Shown piece after piece: positions 9,309 through 18,133 of a DNA stretch of 64,000 nt. Both the position numbers and the translations under genes were made by a program. The DNA lies in the NCBI GenBank assembly GCA_002898355.1, contig BEHD01000010.1:2637-66636 (forward strand). The letters are read 5' to 3'. The notes below the pieces were generated by a model, which was not told the DNA's origin, made no database searches, and saw only the letters and a list, made by a program, of their open reading frames with translations. How positions within the stretch are numbered: the first letter of the stretch is position 1; each line of letters opens with the position of its first letter. This stretch comes from an archaeon HR01 (GTDB taxonomy: Archaea; Thermoproteota; Nitrososphaeria_A; Caldarchaeales; Caldarchaeaceae).

Positions 9309-10499
9309 ATGGGTACAGCAGCCGTAGTGGGAGTAGGCCACACACAGTTCGGCCAGCGCTCAGATATGACACTGGCGGAGCTGGCATGGCATGCCATAAA
9401 GGAGGCGTTACAAGACGCTGGAATTACCCAGAGGGACGTAGACTACGTGGTCACATCAAATGTTGGGGGCTGGAGCTCTGAGCCGCTACCAGCTATATTG
9501 GTCAACGAATACTCCGGTCTCGGAGATGTTGGAGTCATGAGGGTTGAGGCTGCATGCGCCTCAGGGAGCGCGGCAATAAGAGCGGCATATAATGCAGTTG
9601 CTTCTCGTGAGGCTGAGATAGCTCTTGCAGTCGGTGTTGAGAAGATGACGGAGTCGCCAACCCTGCAGGCTGTAGAGCTCCTGGGAAGGGCTGGAAACTT
9701 CTTCTGGGAGTTTGAGCAGTTTGGACTCACATTTCCAGCATACTACGCTCTCTACGCAACAGCCTACATCAACCAGTACGGTGCCAAGGAAGAAGACCTA
9801 GCTGCTGTGGCGGTGAAAAACCATTTCTACGGCTCACTCAACAGCCTCGCCCACTTCCAGAAAAAAATATCTATAGAGGATGTGATGTCATCCAGATATA
9901 TTGCCTGGCCCCTAAAACTTTACGACTGCAGCCCCATAACAGATGGCGCGGCAGCCGTTGTTATAGCGTCGGAGGATATGGCTAGGAAACTTACCGACAC
10001 GCCTGTATGGATAAGGGGCATCGGAGTTGCATCCGACACCTCCAACCTCAGCAGACGGCAAAATTTTCTGGGACTGGCCTCGACTGTGAAGGCTGCGGAT
10101 GAGGCGTATAGGAAAGCTGGTATAGACAAAACCGAGGCGGTTAGACGGCTGGATTTGGCTGAAGTTCATGACTGTTTCACTATAGCCGAGATACTTGCCT
10201 ACGAAGACCTAGGTTTTGTAGGTAGGGGGGAGGGGTATGCACTGGCCCGCGAGGGTGAGACATACAAGGGCGGTCTGATTCCCGTAAACTTGGACGGAGG
10301 GCTGAAGGCCAAGGGCCACCCCATAGGAGCAACAGGGGTCAGCATGGCTGTGGAGGCTGTAAAACAGCTTAGACAGCAGAATGCGAAGGCTCGTCAGGCA
10401 GACATCAAGAATGGGTACGCGCTAACTCACAACGTAGGAGGGACAGGCCACTACGCCTACGTGACGATATACTCTCTAAACCGTCCAACCCAGTCCTAG
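9309..10499 (+). CDS. archaeal thiolase (acetyl-CoA C-acetyltransferase, SCP-x/lipid-transfer type)
   Basis: Thiolase fold with active-site Cys in VEAACASGSAAI. C-terminal GGLKAKGHPIGATG. Confidence 0.85.
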   Translation: MGTAAVVGVGHTQFGQRSDMTLAELAWHAIKEALQDAGITQRDVDYVVTSNVGGWSSEPLPAILVNEYSGLGDVGVMRVEAACASGSAAIRAAYNAVASREAEIALAVGVEKMTESPTLQAVELLGRAGNFFWEFEQFGLTFPAYYALYATAYINQYGAKEEDLAAVAVKNHFYGSLNSLAHFQKKISIEDVMSSRYIAWPLKLYDCSPITDGAAAVVIASEDMARKLTDTPVWIRGIGVASDTSNLSRRQNFLGLASTVKAADEAYRKAGIDKTEAVRRLDLAEVHDCFTIAEILAYEDLGFVGRGEGYALAREGETYKGGLIPVNLDGGLKAKGHPIGATGVSMAVEAVKQLRQQNAKARQADIKNGYALTHNVGGTGHYAYVTIYSLNRPTQS

Positions 10500-10511
10500 A
10501 GGCGTTAATGT

Positions 10512-11045
10512 ATGGAGTCAAAAGAAAAGATAGAGAAGATGGTGGCTGACTGGCTTAAGATGGTTGAGGAGCTTATGAAAGAGTCTGGGCTTCCTATAGT
10601 TCCGGACCCGAAAACCTCCGACCCAGTCTGGGTTGATGTGCGGGAGCTGAGACTACGATACTTAATCCCTGTTAAAAGGATAAGAAAATTCTTTGAAGGG
10701 CTGGCTGAAGGGAAACTCTACGTCACAAAATGCCCTGCTAAGAATATCTACTATTTCCCACCCCAGGCCGACTGTCCCGCATGTATGGATGAAAACATCG
10801 TCTGGGATGAGATAAGCGGTAATGGAAAGCTTCTAACATACACGGTGGTGAATGTCAAACCCTACAGCTTCGCCCACCACTCAAACTATGTCATCGCCAT
10901 TGCAAGGATGAGTGAAGGCTTCAACATCCTATCATGGATGTCTGTGGATGACCTCTCTAAGATACACGTTGGAATGGATGTGAAGCTGGTGGTAAAAAGA
11001 AGAGAGCCTGAGGGCTTCTTCACATATTATCTGGAGCCCGCCTAG
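10512..11045 (+). CDS. DUF35 OB-fold / zinc-ribbon protein (thiolase-HMG-CoA synthase complex scaffold)
   Basis: C4 ribbon CPAKN...CPACMD followed by OB-fold region. Sits immediately 3' of thiolase, as in archaeal mevalonate-pathway entry complexes. Confidence 0.75.
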   Translation: MESKEKIEKMVADWLKMVEELMKESGLPIVPDPKTSDPVWVDVRELRLRYLIPVKRIRKFFEGLAEGKLYVTKCPAKNIYYFPPQADCPACMDENIVWDEISGNGKLLTYTVVNVKPYSFAHHSNYVIAIARMSEGFNILSWMSVDDLSKIHVGMDVKLVVKRREPEGFFTYYLEPA

Positions 11046-12256
11046 CCCCTCCTAGTGGCCGAAACTATCGAGAGGACATCCCTATCTTTAAGCTTGTAGT
11101 CGCCGGGGAGCCGTAGCCCAGTCCTTACATCCACAGCGTATAGAAGGCCCTTCTCTAGCTCTGTATGAACAGTCCTGGCCAGATCCCTGACCGTGGAGCC
11201 AGGAGGCATGAGAAAGACATCCGGAAGAACGTTGCCCGACTTGTCAGATAGCTTAACCGTGTCGGATATGGGATATACAGCGCTCATCCCCAGAAGCTTG
11301 AAAACCGAGACGTTGATGGCGAACTGAACACCTGTACGCATGTATTCCCCAAGTATCCTAGACTGGATGAAATCTAACGCCTTCCTCTGCTGGGACGTCA
11401 ACTCCGACTCCTTCAAGATCTTGAAATCCTCTTCCCCGGGAACATATTTGATCAGTCCTTTATGTACAGCCCTCCTCAAGGTTAGCTCTGCCTCGGCGCT
11501 GGCGGGAACAACGATATAGTTGGGAAGCCTCTCCCTCAAAATCTCAAAGTTGGCCTCTGCGGTCTCGATGTCCATCTTGTTTGCCAGGATTATCATGGGC
11601 TTCGAGACATTCAGTAGATTCTCGGCGAATCTTTTCTCATCCGTTATTTTCCAGTTTCCGAATTCTTTACCATCGAGCCCTGAAAGTTTCAAGGCGGCCT
11701 CCACATGCTTCTCAGTTATTTTGGCTCCTCGGAGTATGCTGGACAGTGTCTCGGGTAGGTCTCGGCCTGCCTTCAAGTTGCGGTCTATCTTATCATCCTG
11801 CCTGTCTATCAGCTTCAAGAGCCACATCACCAGCTCCTCATGGATATCGAAGACATCGGCCAGTGGGTTTCCCTTACCCGGCTCCGTTAGCCTACCCTCC
11901 TCATCCACGCTTCCCGAGGCATCAACGATGTGAATAAGAGCGTCTGCTTGTGATGCTACAGAGAGGAACTGGTTTCCGAGACCCTTCCCAGCCCAAGCCC
12001 CCTTTATTAATCCTGGAAGATCTATAAGCTCTATCGGTATATGTCTAAAACCTTCTACACATAGGGAGTTTCTGGGGTTATCGGTCACCTTTAACTCTCT
12101 GCAGACGCACGGGGTAACTGCGTATCCGGTGCCGTAGTTTGGCTGCTTTGTGGTGAACGGATATGTGGAGACCTCCGCCTGAAGAAGAGTGGCCGCATTA
12201 AAGAAGGTGGTCTTCCCTGCGTTGGTCTTCCCTATAAGTCCGATTTTAACGTGCAA
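11042..12256 (-). CDS. Obg-family GTPase (DRG/YchF-like) with C-terminal TGS domain
   Basis: G1 GLIGKTNAGKTT, G3 DLPGL, G4 ANKMD. C-terminal TGS-like ...DRDVLSIVS. Confidence 0.7.
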   Translation of the reverse strand: MHVKIGLIGKTNAGKTTFFNAATLLQAEVSTYPFTTKQPNYGTGYAVTPCVCRELKVTDNPRNSLCVEGFRHIPIELIDLPGLIKGAWAGKGLGNQFLSVASQADALIHIVDASGSVDEEGRLTEPGKGNPLADVFDIHEELVMWLLKLIDRQDDKIDRNLKAGRDLPETLSSILRGAKITEKHVEAALKLSGLDGKEFGNWKITDEKRFAENLLNVSKPMIILANKMDIETAEANFEILRERLPNYIVVPASAEAELTLRRAVHKGLIKYVPGEEDFKILKESELTSQQRKALDFIQSRILGEYMRTGVQFAINVSVFKLLGMSAVYPISDTVKLSDKSGNVLPDVFLMPPGSTVRDLARTVHTELEKGLLYAVDVRTGLRLPGDYKLKDRDVLSIVSATRRG

Positions 12257-12303
12257 CTTCTACAGACCCATCATATTTTCCCTCAACCTAAAGAAAAACT
12301 TTA

Positions 12304-13170
12304 TCATAAAACCCGGTCGTAGTCCTTCAGGATATCGGGGAATTGCTCGATTACATCCTCGGGTGTTATATGGAAGCCCTTTTTCTTCACTGCCATAACA
12401 CCGGCCAACCCGTTAACACGGGCCGCTGCTACTGCGGCTTCGAAGGCTGTGGCGCCCCGAGCCATCAATCCCGCGGCCAGACCTGCCAGGGCGTCGCCCG
12501 TGCCTCCGACAGTCATGCCCGCCGCTTCCCAACTCTTTCTGTTTAAGACTACTGTGGAGCCGTCCGATATGACATCGACCATGCCTTTAAGTAGTATCGT
12601 TATACGGTGCTCTGACGCTTCCACCCTAACTTTTTCGGCCCTCTCCTCTAAGGTTGTGGGTAGCTCATACTTGAAGACTCTCCTATATTCACCTGCATGG
12701 GGTGTGAGGATAAACCCAGAGCCTTTAATAGTCTGGAGAACCTCGGGGAAAAGAGCTGTAGCATCCAAAACCGCTTTGATCTTGGAGTTCATCGCATAAT
12801 CCAGTAGACGTATTATGCCTTTTTCTGAACCCCTCGCCAGTCCAGGCCCAACCACTATGGAGTTTACACCGGTTATAGTGTCCACAACTCTCTGGACCAT
12901 CCTCGGTGTCAGCTTGTAGTCGGTTAGTGGCATGACGATTATGGATGGTGTATAAGCCCTGAGAGCGGTTGATATCCGCTCGGGGACAACGAGATACGCT
13001 AGGTCAACCCCTGCTCTAAGAGCGGCCAAAGCGGAGAGGAGAGGAGCTCCGTGATATAGCCAGCTGCCACCGACAACCATGACGACGCCGTTCTCTCCCT
13101 TCCTAGAATCCAAGCGTCTGGGCTTGCAGGCTGCAGCAATATCCTCATCTGAAGATTCCCTCACAATCAT
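12304..13170 (-). CDS. nnrD: ADP-dependent NAD(P)H-hydrate dehydratase (YjeF C-terminal / carbohydrate-kinase-like domain)
   Basis: GVVMVVGGSWLYHGAPLLSALAALRAGVDL... and GGTGDALAG motif typical of Nnr2/YjeF-C. Confidence 0.8.
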   Translation of the reverse strand: MIVRESSDEDIAAACKPRRLDSRKGENGVVMVVGGSWLYHGAPLLSALAALRAGVDLAYLVVPERISTALRAYTPSIIVMPLTDYKLTPRMVQRVVDTITGVNSIVVGPGLARGSEKGIIRLLDYAMNSKIKAVLDATALFPEVLQTIKGSGFILTPHAGEYRRVFKYELPTTLEERAEKVRVEASEHRITILLKGMVDVISDGSTVVLNRKSWEAAGMTVGGTGDALAGLAAGLMARGATAFEAAVAAARVNGLAGVMAVKKKGFHITPEDVIEQFPDILKDYDRVL

Positions 13171-13201
13171 AGATTATCCACTGACGGCCGTTGCTAAAAA
13201 G

Positions 13202-14056
13202 ATGCGGCTATATATTGGCCCCCACAAGATGGGGGTCGGGATGGATGCTGATTTCACGGTGCTGGGAAGCTCAGCCCTCGCCGTCTATCTCACAATATTT
13301 CTTAAGAACATGGGTTTTGATGTATGTCTAGTCCTGAACGGTAGGAGACTGGGTGATATACCTCTACAGCCTATGAGGGAAGACCATTTGGAGCTTGCCG
13401 GGGTAGAGCCTGGTAAATATTCAGAAGCCATCCATACAGAGTGTCTTTTAGGCCGGTCTGAAGAGGTTGTCAGACTCGAAAACCCCATCCATATCTGCCG
13501 CATGACGGAGGTCCTTGAACAGGCTGCAGCCCACCACCTCCTAAAGCTATCTATCAACGTAAACACAGATGGAACAGCCAAAATAATTGACTGTAGAAGA
13601 CCCATTGGCAGACCCCACAACGTCTTCATATCTGCGGGGATAGCGGATAACAGGAAAGGGTTCACCATAGAGACTCACACCCAGTCTCTAAAAATATACT
13701 TCGATTTCGGCCCCAGTTCAGAACTCCTCTTCACATACGGAAGGCCGCCCGCCAACGCTTCCAAAATTCTCATGACCTACAGCTACAGCCTCACTCCACC
13801 ATCGCAGCTGAGTTCAGCCTCTCTCTCCAACCCTTGGAAGGCTAAAGGGCTTGCACCCGCCTCACCCCTAGGCGATGCAGTCGCTGAGATACTTCTGGCC
13901 CAACATCTAGCAGCCACAGCGGACAGGGATGAGGGACTGCCAGAATATATAAAGCTGATCACGGAGAGTCAAAGAACAGTGGCCAGTATCATCGCTGGTG
14001 AGCATCCTGAGCCTAAATGTTTTCGAAGCCTTATATACTCTATAGACAAATACTGA
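13202..14056 (+). CDS. hypothetical Rossmann-fold oxidoreductase (ketopantoate-reductase ApbA/PanE-like?)
   Basis: Likely start MRLYIGPHKMGVG... (the ORF-track start at 13079 would overlap nnrD). Degenerate dinucleotide-binding motif FTVLGSSALAVYLTIFLKNMGFDVCLV. Weak family assignment. Confidence 0.3.
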   Translation: MRLYIGPHKMGVGMDADFTVLGSSALAVYLTIFLKNMGFDVCLVLNGRRLGDIPLQPMREDHLELAGVEPGKYSEAIHTECLLGRSEEVVRLENPIHICRMTEVLEQAAAHHLLKLSINVNTDGTAKIIDCRRPIGRPHNVFISAGIADNRKGFTIETHTQSLKIYFDFGPSSELLFTYGRPPANASKILMTYSYSLTPPSQLSSASLSNPWKAKGLAPASPLGDAVAEILLAQHLAATADRDEGLPEYIKLITESQRTVASIIAGEHPEPKCFRSLIYSIDKY

Positions 14057-14114
14057 AGAAAATCACGTTAAACTTAATTACCGATAAGGAGTATAAAAAA
14101 CAACCCGAAAAGAG

Positions 14115-14414
14115 GTGAAGAAGATGTCAGAAGATTCCGTGGTCTTGATCGGGCGAAAACCAACGATGAACTATGTCTTGGCAACGACACTCCCACTGGC
14201 TGAGGGGAAGAAGGTCGTCCTCAAGGCGCGTGGGAGGGCGATAACGAAGGCCGTCGACGTCGTCGAAGTTGTTAGGAGGAGGTTCGTACAGAACCTGCAG
14301 GTGGAGAAGATAAGCATAGGCACCGAGGAAGGCAGAACGGGGAACGACGGCCGAACCCGCAACGTCAGCACTATCGAGATAGTCGTCTCGCAGCCGAAGA
14401 CCTCTAAAAAGTAA
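14115..14414 (+). CDS. albA: chromatin protein Alba (DNA/RNA-binding)
   Basis: Strong similarity pattern to Sso10b: VVLIGRKPTMNYVLA...KARGRAITKAVDVVEVV...RNVSTIEIV. Start may be MSED at 14124. Confidence 0.85.
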   Translation: MKKMSEDSVVLIGRKPTMNYVLATTLPLAEGKKVVLKARGRAITKAVDVVEVVRRRFVQNLQVEKISIGTEEGRTGNDGRTRNVSTIEIVVSQPKTSKK

Positions 14415-14452
14415 ACCCGTGCAGGCGTCCGGAGTATCCGGCGCTCATATTT

Positions 14453-15253
14453 TTGTTTATTAAAAACAGGGTTTTAAGAGTTAAATATCATCTACTAATT
14501 ATAACTTCGTTAAGGCAGTCTTTATTATCTGGTCCCACATGTGTAGGTGGTTGGGTTTTGAGTCTTATATCCCGTGAGTGGGTTACTTGTTCAAGTTGCG
14601 GTAGGAGGACCCTCAAGAGCGGCTATTGTATGTGGTGTGGTAACAAGCTAGTTGAGCGGGAATTTACCAGTGTGGCCCCTGCGGGAGACCAGCAAGCACA
14701 GCCTCCCAAAACAATAGCCTTCAACTATGTTTTCAAGGTTGTCTTCTTGGGGGATATAGCGGTCGGGAAGACATCAATTATAAAAAGATATGCCCTTGGA
14801 CAGTTCTCACCTGAATATTTCCCCACCTTCGACCTCACAACCTACTCAAAGACGCTAGAATATCCCCCAATCAAGATAGATTTAACAATCTGGGATACAG
14901 CCGGCGGACTGCCGGAGGAGGATAAGGTTGGCCCTGTAGTTACAGGGGTGGATGTGGGGGTGTTGGTCTTTGAGGTGTCTAGGAGGAGTAGCTTCAACAA
15001 TATTCCAATCTACCATCAGATTGTGGAGAAGTTCAATCCTAAAGCCCATATACAGGTAGTGGGAAATAAGTTGGACCTGGGTTTTAGGCAGGTTGAGAGA
15101 TCGGAGGGTGAGGCTTTGGCAGCCAAGCTTGGAGGCTCATATATAGAGACCTCAGCCACCCTTGGCACCAATATAGATAAGCTGTTTAACAGGAATATTA
15201 TGGAATGCCTTAAAAACAGGCTTGACGCCTTAAAAAAGGAGTTAGAGGGGTAA
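14453..15253 (+). CDS. Ras/Rab-like small GTPase with N-terminal C4 zinc ribbon
   Basis: Zn ribbon CSSCGRR...CMWCGNK. G1 GDIAVGKTS, switch I Thr, G3 WDTAGG (Gly replaces catalytic Gln), G4 GNKLD, G5 ETSAT. Confidence 0.7.
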   Translation: MFIKNRVLRVKYHLLIITSLRQSLLSGPTCVGGWVLSLISREWVTCSSCGRRTLKSGYCMWCGNKLVEREFTSVAPAGDQQAQPPKTIAFNYVFKVVFLGDIAVGKTSIIKRYALGQFSPEYFPTFDLTTYSKTLEYPPIKIDLTIWDTAGGLPEEDKVGPVVTGVDVGVLVFEVSRRSSFNNIPIYHQIVEKFNPKAHIQVVGNKLDLGFRQVERSEGEALAAKLGGSYIETSATLGTNIDKLFNRNIMECLKNRLDALKKELEG

Positions 15254-16305
15254 TGGTGTTAGAGGATTCGATACTCCGCAGGAGTGATGTTCTACAATTA
15301 CTGAGTCAGCTGAGGTCGGGGAAGGTTAAGGAGTTAAGGCCGGTTTTAGACCCTTTGAAGGGATTCCGGTATCCAACCGCTGAGGAAGTCATAAAAACAG
15401 GCACGGATGACGTGAACTATATTCTAAACACGTTGGCCAGATTAGACGTTCTCAGAGGAGAAATCCAAGAATCTCTAAATGCTTGCAGCAAGTGTGGAGG
15501 TGCTTCACACTTCTTCACTTATAGATGTCCTTCATGTAGCTCATCCAAACTTGAGAAGGGGCCCGTGCTGGAGCATCTTGTATGCGGCCATGTGGATTTC
15601 GAACAGGCATTCGTCAAAGGCGGGGTCTACCAGTGTCCCAAGTGTAAGAAAACCATGACCACTCTGGGAGTAGATTATAGGCGGCCGGGGACATATTACA
15701 AGTGTCTCAACTGTGGCCGGATAAGCGCCATACCAGCCAGACACTACATCTGTGTTAGCTGTAAAACAGATTCTGAGGAGGAGGGTCTCATACTTTTCTC
15801 AGGCTTTACATACACATTAAACCCAGAAAAGATAGATGTCATATCCAACTACACGTTAGATCTCAATCCACTTATCAATTTTGTTCAATCCAAAAACTGG
15901 CTGCCTATCACCCCGGCAACACTGAAAGGTAACTCGGGCGTCAGCCACACCTTCACATTCCTCGCTCATCCTTCATATGCGCCGCCAAGGGAAGGGGTAG
16001 CTATCGATGTTGATATCTCTGACGAGCCTGTGGACCAGCAGCGTGTGTTAACCCTTTTCTCAAAAGCCCTCGATGTGGGTGTGAAAAATACTGCCCTAGC
16101 AGTTGTCGGAGATGTCAACGAGTCGGCCAGATCCCTCGCAAAGGCTTTCGGGATAATGTTGTTCATCGGAAAAACTGTTGAAGAAGTCTACAATAGCCTG
16201 TTTTCGTATTTGGGAGACTTGATAGCTAGAAAAAGTAAGGAGAGCTTGCGTGTTGAGGCGGAGTATCTGGAATCCCTTATCAGATCGCTGGAGAGAATAA
16301 GCTAG
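15253..16305 (+). CDS. multi-zinc-ribbon protein with winged-helix-like N-terminus (hypothetical regulator/partner of GTPase)
   Basis: TAATG stop/start overlap with GTPase gene. Five CxxC pairs (CSKCGG, CPSC, CPKC, CLNC, CVSC). C-terminal approx 150-aa domain of unknown family. Confidence 0.5.
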   Translation: MVLEDSILRRSDVLQLLSQLRSGKVKELRPVLDPLKGFRYPTAEEVIKTGTDDVNYILNTLARLDVLRGEIQESLNACSKCGGASHFFTYRCPSCSSSKLEKGPVLEHLVCGHVDFEQAFVKGGVYQCPKCKKTMTTLGVDYRRPGTYYKCLNCGRISAIPARHYICVSCKTDSEEEGLILFSGFTYTLNPEKIDVISNYTLDLNPLINFVQSKNWLPITPATLKGNSGVSHTFTFLAHPSYAPPREGVAIDVDISDEPVDQQRVLTLFSKALDVGVKNTALAVVGDVNESARSLAKAFGIMLFIGKTVEEVYNSLFSYLGDLIARKSKESLRVEAEYLESLIRSLERIS

Positions 16306-16322
16306 GAGATAGCTCATCAACC

Positions 16323-17786
16323 ATGAAGAAATATATCATACTGCTAGCAGTACTTTCCTTCATTACGTTAATCATTATACCTTTCATAGTTAGCAGGCTG
16401 ACTGTATGGTTCAGCTTTGTTGCTGGCGTGGCAATGGCGTTTGTGTTGACTTTTGTCTATCTGAGGAAGAAATCGTTCTATAGGGAGGATATTAGGAGAG
16501 AGAGGGCCCCCCTACTATCCCTATCTCTGGTTGTAGTTCCCGCTGCCACTGGTGTTGTATCACTTATCGAGGGCTACAACATCTTCCAAGAATGGTTTAA
16601 GCCCCTTCTCATCTCAAGCTTCACCATCACGTTCTTCGTCAATCTATTCTCGATTCCGATGGCCTTGAGAACAAGTTTCTTGGAGGAGCAGCTTGAGAAG
16701 GAACCTGTCTACATCACCAGTGTTAGTGTTATAATACCTGCATACAACGAGGAGAAATGGATTGGAAAGACCATCGAGGCTCTTCTGGAATCTGACTACC
16801 CAAACCTCGAGATAATAGTGGTTGATGACGGGAGCACTGATAGAACCTACGAGATTGCCTCCCAGTACAGAAAACGTGGGGTGATAGTTCTACGTAAGGA
16901 AAATGGGGGTAAAGCCTCCGCCATAAACTACGGCCTTCTCTATGCAAGGGGTGAGATAATCTTCACTGTGGATGCTGACAGTCTTGTATCAAAAAACGCC
17001 ATCAGCCTCATGACATCCTATTTCAGGGATAGGAGGGTGGTGGGCGTTGCCGGGAATGTCAGGGTTTTCAATAGGGTTAACTGGCTAACAGGTAATCAAG
17101 CCCTTGAATATGTTACGCAGATTAATTTACTGAGAAGGGCCACATCAACCTTCGGAGTTGTTCAGGTTATGCCGGGTCCTCTTAGTGCCTTCAGAAAGGA
17201 GGTTTTGACGGGTCTCGGAAGATACGACAAGGATACCGTAACAGAAGATTTCGATATAACTGTGAAGCTCCTCAAGTCTGGAGGTATAGTCCAGGCTCCT
17301 ACCAAAGCTTTAGCATACACGGAAGCCCCTACCAGTCTTAGGGATTTCTACCGGCAGAGGATAAGATGGTATAGGGGCAATGTGCAGGTATTTCTCAAGC
17401 ACAGAGACGCCTTCACGAACCCCCGCTTCGGCTTCCTGAACTATGTTATCTACCCGCTTCTCTTCATACAGGAATTTGTCATACCGACACTCGGAATCCT
17501 CACCATACCGGCAGCCATATTCGTCATAGCCTCAGGAGGCCTATACTGGATTATCAGCCTGATACTAGCATTAATTCTCCTCCAGTCCTTTCTGAGTCTG
17601 ATAGCCTTGGAGCTGGAGGATGAAGATGTTAGGCTTGTTCAGTACGCCCCCTTCGCAGTATACGGATATAAACATCTCTTGGATGCATTCATGTTAAAGG
17701 CCATCATCGATATTGTCTTTCTTAGACGGCGTGTGGGCTGGACTAGGGCAAGGAAGATGGGTTACGAAGTCTTGGCTCAGCACTAG
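16323..17786 (+). CDS. processive family-2 glycosyltransferase, integral membrane (cellulose/chitin/PNAG-synthase-like)
   Basis: N- and C-terminal TM bundles. GT-A core with VIIPAYNE, DDGSTD, DAD, TED (TVTEDFD) and Q(R)xRW (RQRIRWYRGN) motifs. Confidence 0.8.
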   Translation: MKKYIILLAVLSFITLIIIPFIVSRLTVWFSFVAGVAMAFVLTFVYLRKKSFYREDIRRERAPLLSLSLVVVPAATGVVSLIEGYNIFQEWFKPLLISSFTITFFVNLFSIPMALRTSFLEEQLEKEPVYITSVSVIIPAYNEEKWIGKTIEALLESDYPNLEIIVVDDGSTDRTYEIASQYRKRGVIVLRKENGGKASAINYGLLYARGEIIFTVDADSLVSKNAISLMTSYFRDRRVVGVAGNVRVFNRVNWLTGNQALEYVTQINLLRRATSTFGVVQVMPGPLSAFRKEVLTGLGRYDKDTVTEDFDITVKLLKSGGIVQAPTKALAYTEAPTSLRDFYRQRIRWYRGNVQVFLKHRDAFTNPRFGFLNYVIYPLLFIQEFVIPTLGILTIPAAIFVIASGGLYWIISLILALILLQSFLSLIALELEDEDVRLVQYAPFAVYGYKHLLDAFMLKAIIDIVFLRRRVGWTRARKMGYEVLAQH

Positions 17787-17788
17787 TG

Positions 17789-18127
17789 TTATGGCTTAAC
17801 ATGGCTACCCCATCGGCTGAGGAACATATTATCCAGCTTCTTATCCCTCATATCGTCTGGCAGCATTCTAGGTATGTCTCCTGTGATAGGATACCACCTC
17901 CCACAGCTACCGCATCTCAATATACCCTCAGAGATCTCGTAGCTGTAGCAGGTATGGCAGTCAGTCTCCCGGAGTTGGGAGATGTATCCTCCATGGTAGG
18001 AGCAGTATAGCTCGCATTTCCTTATTTTCTGAGGCGGCTGTATCGTTCTTCTCTCGAAAACTTCCAGAGTTAGGGGGAAGGCTCTACACATGGGGCATGC
18101 GAGTATGTCTGATAGGCGGTATTTCAT
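17789..18127 (-). CDS. Trm112-like / DUF343 zinc-ribbon protein
   Basis: ILACPMCR...L...RCGSCGRWYPITGDIP is the Trm112 signature. 112 aa with inserted Cys-rich segment. Confidence 0.5.
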   Translation of the reverse strand: MKYRLSDILACPMCRAFPLTLEVFERRTIQPPQKIRKCELYCSYHGGYISQLRETDCHTCYSYEISEGILRCGSCGRWYPITGDIPRMLPDDMRDKKLDNMFLSRWGSHVKP

Positions 18128-18133
18128 CCGATA

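Noticed and set aside
11520-11937. Two approx 120-137 aa plus-strand ORFs inside the Obg-like GTPase gene
   Set aside because: Antisense to a gene with intact G-motifs. Ser/Pro/Arg-rich translations.
13079-13201. 5' extension of ORF 13079..14056 overlapping the nnrD start on the opposite strand
   Set aside because: It would create a 90-bp divergent overlap. The internal Met at 13202 is followed by a Rossmann-like motif and leaves a plausible shared promoter spacer.
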